Position numbers and translations under genes: made by a program. Below the pieces are notes generated by a model that was not told where the DNA came from, did no database searches, and saw only the letters and a list, made by a program, of their open reading frames with translations. This document shows, in pieces, positions 59,173 to 64,000 of a stretch of 64,000 nucleotides of DNA; positions within the stretch are counted from its first letter, which is position 1, and each line of letters begins with the position of its first letter. The DNA is from Albugo candida (Eukaryota): the NCBI GenBank assembly GCA_040437565.1, contig JBDOQK010000047.1, positions 124,001 through 188,000 on the forward strand, written 5' to 3'.

Positions 59173-60771
59173 CGTAAGTAACATCTACGTACTCTGCTGA
59201 AGTTTCATCAATATAGAATAGGCTCAACGTTCTGTATGAGTACTCGCACAAGTTGTCATGCGCTCTTTCTTTTGCCTCGTAAGGCTCACGACTGATGTGA
59301 CCAACCGATTGTGCATTTTGTCACGAAACACGATCAAGCTTTGGGAGGCATTACCAACTGAATATGGCGCAGTTTTTCTCGCCGTATGTGTTGGCTTGTT
59401 CGTTTGCAATACGATTCTGGTACCTTGGGACGTGTTATCAAAGCAGAACAATTCTCTTATACAAAGCAATAGTCGTCCTTGCTTTTTCAAACCGTTACTT
59501 GCAGAGGGTAAGAGAAATCCGTCGCTCCGCAATCCTACCCATTGCGGAGCGAGAATCACGTGAACGATATCATGAAATTCGATACAATCGACTGATCTGA
59601 GAACTTTCGCTCTTTTTCATGAAGTCTTGTCATGGATTGCCCTGCATCTGTCGGCTTGATATGGTGATTACGAATGTATCGCCATAGAGAGCTTCATTTA
59701 CGTGTCCACTTGAGCGTTGGCTTTCCATGATTTTCGAGTTGGAACCCTCCGAGTCTCAACTCTCAACGTTTGTCAGGCTGCGTGAAACTTTTTTGAGAGG
59801 TAGCCGTCTGATTTTGCCGGCTAAAACGTAGTGGGACCCATATCCTTTTCATGATGCTTCCGAGCGTCAAGTCATTAATTTGAGTACGCGCGTGGTAAGA
59901 GACTACATGCGGAAGCAGACTTGTTCTTCCTTTTTTTAGACCCGGTAATGGTGGGTTCCATATGGCGTTATCGAGGACATAAAGATTTCTCATTGATGGA
60001 CCTCCGATTTATGAAGCTTTATCCACTAAGTTTACATCTGTCAACGATTCATGGATCTCTATAGCATCTAATATGTGCACAATGGTTGTGCGATTGGGAG
60101 GCCAATGATCAATTAAATCGCTTCATTCCCATAAGAATTTTGGAATCAACTTCGTGCAATTTCACATCTCACATATCGAATGGGAGTCTTCTGTATCGAC
60201 CTGTACGGCTAATCTCAAGAATGCTGATATTCAGACCTGTTTTGGTTTATTAGTCTAATGAGTAAATGTCAACACCCTCGGACTTATCCAAACTAAGAAG
60301 TCACATACCAGCATTATGATTATTTGACCAGTTCTATCGGAACGCTTTACTTTTCAAAAGAAAGGAACCACCGCAATTCCGATGTAATGCTGCGGTTGTC
60401 GATGATGTGACTCGACAATGGCACGCTGAGCAGATAGCGAAATACCTTTGCACCCGTATTCTGATCATACACTACACTATTGGCCTTGCCTTTTGTGAAT
60501 TGTCGTATATGTGAATACGCTCATTATATAGCCAAGTATCGATGGGTGGGATATACGAAGCAGAAGGCTTATGCAATTTCCTTTACAGCAATTCGTCTGA
60601 GAACTTGACACATATAAACGTATGGACGCACGAGTGGAGTTTTACCAACGGCTGATATTCTATTCGCCTTGCTACAAGGTGTTAATACGCATGGCATCCC
60701 ATCTATTGCCTGGCCTTATTGAAGTGTCTTACATCGGCCATCTACACAGCTCAGATCTACCCTCCTACAGA

Positions 60772-63664
60772 TTACGCGCCAGAATTGAGCATCGCTGACA
60801 TAATGGCTTCAGCCTCTATTATCATCGTTCCCAAGTCCACTTCTGCTTCCTCATTTTTACTCATTTGCAAGCTGCTTTCAACTCGTCCCAACTCACGCTC
60901 ACTCTCCAAAATTGAATTATCTTGGATTTGAGAAAATGTCATCTGAGTGTTTGGTTCCATATAAAACCCTTCTGGTTTGAGTGGCAGACTCTGCGCCCGC
61001 TCCATAGCAAATAGGAACGAACACATTTCCTTGAGAATCTCATCAAGCATCACGAATCCACACAGAAATAAAGGTTCTGGTTCTTGATTCGTGAGCAAGG
61101 AAGAATCATTGTTCTTGAGAGATTGTCGCACTTCCTCCAAACGAAAAGCTCCATCAGAGATTCCGCTTAGCCGATTGGAAGCATCTCTGTGTACCTTTTC
61201 CAAAATACTGCGTATACTCTGTCCATCTCGTATGTCCTGGAAATCAAACACAGCATCCACAAGATTCGTCTTTTGAGACAAAATAGACACTAGACCCGAC
61301 AGAGACAAGTTTTCTAGAAATGAGTGCTCAAGCAGCCTTTCCAGCTTACTAAAGATGCTTTGGAGCATTGGAGAAACGTTCTTTGTGGATGTTGTGGCAT
61401 CAACTGGAATCGAGTGATTTTCACTTCGCGGGAGATCTTCAGAGGTGTCTTCTTCGGTGGCATGTGATGATGAGTGCATGCGGTCGACTCGCGCACAATC
61501 TGTCTTCTCCTCCTCGCTCATAAATGATGCTTCAAGTATCGTCGGAATTCTACGAGTTGCCATGTACTCGGCATCNNNNNNNNNNNNNNNNNNNNNNNNN
61601 NNNNNNNNNNNNNNNNNNNNNNNNNNNNNNNNNNNNNNNNNNNNNNNNNNNNNNNNNNNNNNNNNNNNNNNNNNNAATAGACACTAGACCCGACAGAGAC
61701 AAGTTTTCTAGAAATGAGTGCTCAAGCAGCCTTTCCAGCTTACTAAAGATGCTTTGGAGCATTGGAGAAACGTTCTTTGTGGATGTTGTGGCATCAACTG
61801 GAATCGAGTGATTTTCACTTCGCGGGAGATCTTCAGAGGTGTCTTCTTCGGTGGTATGTGATGATGAGTGCATGCGGTCGACTCGCGCACAATCTGTCTT
61901 CTTCTCCTCGCTCATAAATGATGCTTCAAGTATCGTCGGAATTCTACGAGTTGCCATGTACTCGGCATCAACAATGTAACTAAGAATTGACACTACTTGA
62001 TGCTTCGAATTCTCGCTCTCACCAGAACTCACTATTTCAGGATTATCGCCAATCTCCATGTGTTTGGAAAACCCTTGAGTCTTCCATAAATGAACATGAG
62101 ACGCAATGCTAGAATTGGGAAAATGTGATGCAAACCAAACTGCTTCATGCTGTCTCGCTTGTTTCATTGACTCACAGGATATCTCATTCGACTCTTCCGC
62201 GACCATTCTTGGATCACCAGGAGGATAATCTAATAGCCAGCTGTCAATGAGAGGATTGTCGAGCTCAAGCATGAAAGCAATAAGATCCATAGTCGCAATG
62301 CTCAAAGACGACGAAAGCGAGTCAATCCTACCAATCAGTTGAAAAAATACTGACCGTGAGCTTTCTTTTGGTACAATAGAGGCATCCATGCTTTGATCCA
62401 GTAAGGCTTGGCAGAATAATAGCAGAAAAGGATTACACTCGACATCTCGTCCAAAAGTACCAAGTTCTTCCATGATGATTCGAGCGTACAGTGTTGTGGC
62501 CAAGACGCTTGGCTCTGACGCACTCAATAACGCAGGCAAGAAAGTTGATTTGAGAAATAGATCGCTAAATAGTTGAGCCATAACTGTTGATATTGATTTT
62601 GGTTCTGTTCCTAAAGTTTTCGTACTCCCAGTCATTACCAAGGAACAGCAGAACCGAAGTCGGCTTATGAAGATATTCAAGTATCTTGATTTTGAGTGCT
62701 GGAGATTCGCTGCGTCCAAACGTTCGTTTGTTTTTCGACCGATGAAATTCCTTGGTAAGGCATCGTAAGCTGCTACAAGTCCACTGATTGCTTCATGACA
62801 AAAGGGTGTCAGATGTAATATAAAGTGGACCAATGATGCTTCAGGTATACCAGCCGCTATAATCATCGTTTCCCGGCACCTGTCGCCGATAACACCATCT
62901 GCGTACATGTGTGGAAGCAGCCCCGAGAAAATAATCAGCTCAGATATGTTGTTTCCCTCATCTCCAATCTTAGAGGCTTCTGCTGTGTTTTTGAGGTCCG
63001 TGTCATACTCGTTTGCTTCTGAGTAAACAAAAAAGAATTCTATTTGGACTGGATTACTACGCAGTTTCTTCCATATACTATACAGTAATCTGATCATACA
63101 TTTTCGAGTCAGAATGTCATCAATCTCATTCACGATCGCGCTTTTGGCCAGTGCAATTATCGCCACATGAATCTCTCTTGTCGGAAGAACGGGATATTCC
63201 AGCTTCTCCAAGATAGCCGATATGAATTGCAGTGAAAGTGGCATGATTCCACGTGGTTGGTTTCGCTTCCCAATGTCGCAAAGATAGGGTACGATCTGAT
63301 TCTCAAGCAGATATTCTAGACATGGTCGATGGGACTGCATGGACTCTTCCGAATTTGTATGTAAAGTGACATCAAAACGTGTTCTCAAGTGTTCCACCGA
63401 CTTCTCTTCAGTGCATAGCATCATCACCATTTTCTGCAGGGATTCGGGCGTGCTAGAATCGTGTAATATACGCTTCTGTTCGACCATATCGGTGATATTT
63501 CGTTCCGAAACTGCATCCATAAAGTGGCGTACAGTGAGCCACCGTTGATGGAATTCTTTCACATCGGAATCATAGAGTGTGGGAACCATTGCATCAATAC
63601 CCTGGATAATGGCATCCTGAGCTTTTGTCGCCACTAGTTTGATCTTATTCTTCAACCAACTCAT
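60772..63664 (-). CDS. FHIP/FAM160 (RAI16-like, FTS- and Hook-interacting) family protein; artefactual duplication at the gap
   Basis: PCLEYLLENQIV..L..QPRGI..LQFI..L..P.L..IH.AI..L; ENLSLSGLVSILSQ; VMLDEILKEM. Confidence 0.8.
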
Positions 63665-64000
63665 TGTCAATTGGCAAAGTGCCCGCGATAGTACCGTATC
63701 CCTTTTGTCAGTAGGCAGCAAGGTCAATGTAATGTGCATCCATTTCTATCTGGGCNNNNNNNNNNNNNNNNNNNNNNNNNNNNNNNNNNNNNNNNNNNNN
63801 NNNNNNNNNNNNNNNNNNNNNNNNNNNNNNNNNNNNNNNNNNNNNNNNNNNNNNNACCGTATCCCTTTTGTCAGTAGGCAGCAAGGTCAATGTAATGTGC
63901 ATCCATCTCTATCTGGGCTGTACATTCTCGTAATTGTGTTCTACGCGTCGATTTCTGACATTCATCGCTACTGATCTTGTACAAATTGAGACGATAAATG

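Larger units (their letters stand above)
11483..63855. other. Fourteen 100-N scaffold gaps starting at 11483, 13782, 23213, 30919, 31399, 35755, 40280, 42088, 44712, 46749, 48595, 57849, 61576 and 63756
   Basis: Uniform 100-N runs; most are flanked by near-identical overlapping contig ends, e.g. 10737-11482 equals 11583-12328. Confidence 0.97.

Noticed and set aside
59522-59552. Helitron 3' terminal hairpin or rho-independent terminator
   Set aside because: No CTRR at the expected distance on either strand and no U-tract; eukaryotic context
59540-59993. Selenoprotein or TGA read-through frame
   Set aside because: No recognisable selenoprotein motif or convincing SECIS; three TGA stops are compatible with chance
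3385-63974. Numerous short antisense or alternative-frame ORFs in the track
   Set aside because: They shadow well-supported genes, often start at non-ATG codons or run through N-gaps, and show no motifs

Overview
Eukaryotic, very gene-dense window with about 34 protein-coding genes, short (about 45-60 nt) GT-AG introns and tiny intergenic spacers. The gene content (FYVE-GAF, ankyrin-FYVE, PDZ-formin, PLAC8) points to an oomycete with a compact genome, possibly Albugo-like; that is inference. It is a draft scaffold with 14 gaps of 100 N, most flanked by duplicated contig ends that create false internal repeats. No rRNA, tRNA, CRISPR array or intact mobile element was seen. Recognisable genes include ITPK1, a NUDT15-like Nudix hydrolase, a TIS11/TTP-type CCCH protein, trimethyllysine dioxygenase, cap N7-methyltransferase, SDH4, PDI, formin, SF3A1, HSC20, GNL1, an ABCB half-transporter, a PPR protein, VPS28, ZNHIT2, RCC1, an inositol 5-phosphatase and FHIP. 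The best leads are: (1) an RCC1 orthologue carrying Nup2/Nup50-like N-terminal segments, an apparent natural Nup50-RCC1 fusion; (2) a PDZ-formin whose polyproline FH1 is replaced by seven WASHC3/CCDC53-like repeats; (3) an intact pogo/CENP-B-like gene with a broken DDD triad; (4) a cap methyltransferase with tandem WW domains; (5) cis-elements: a UUAUUUAUU nonamer just after the TIS11 stop, a UPRE plus G-box repeat upstream of PDI, and six CTTCAAC copies in one promoter. All family calls come from motif recognition by eye, not database searches.
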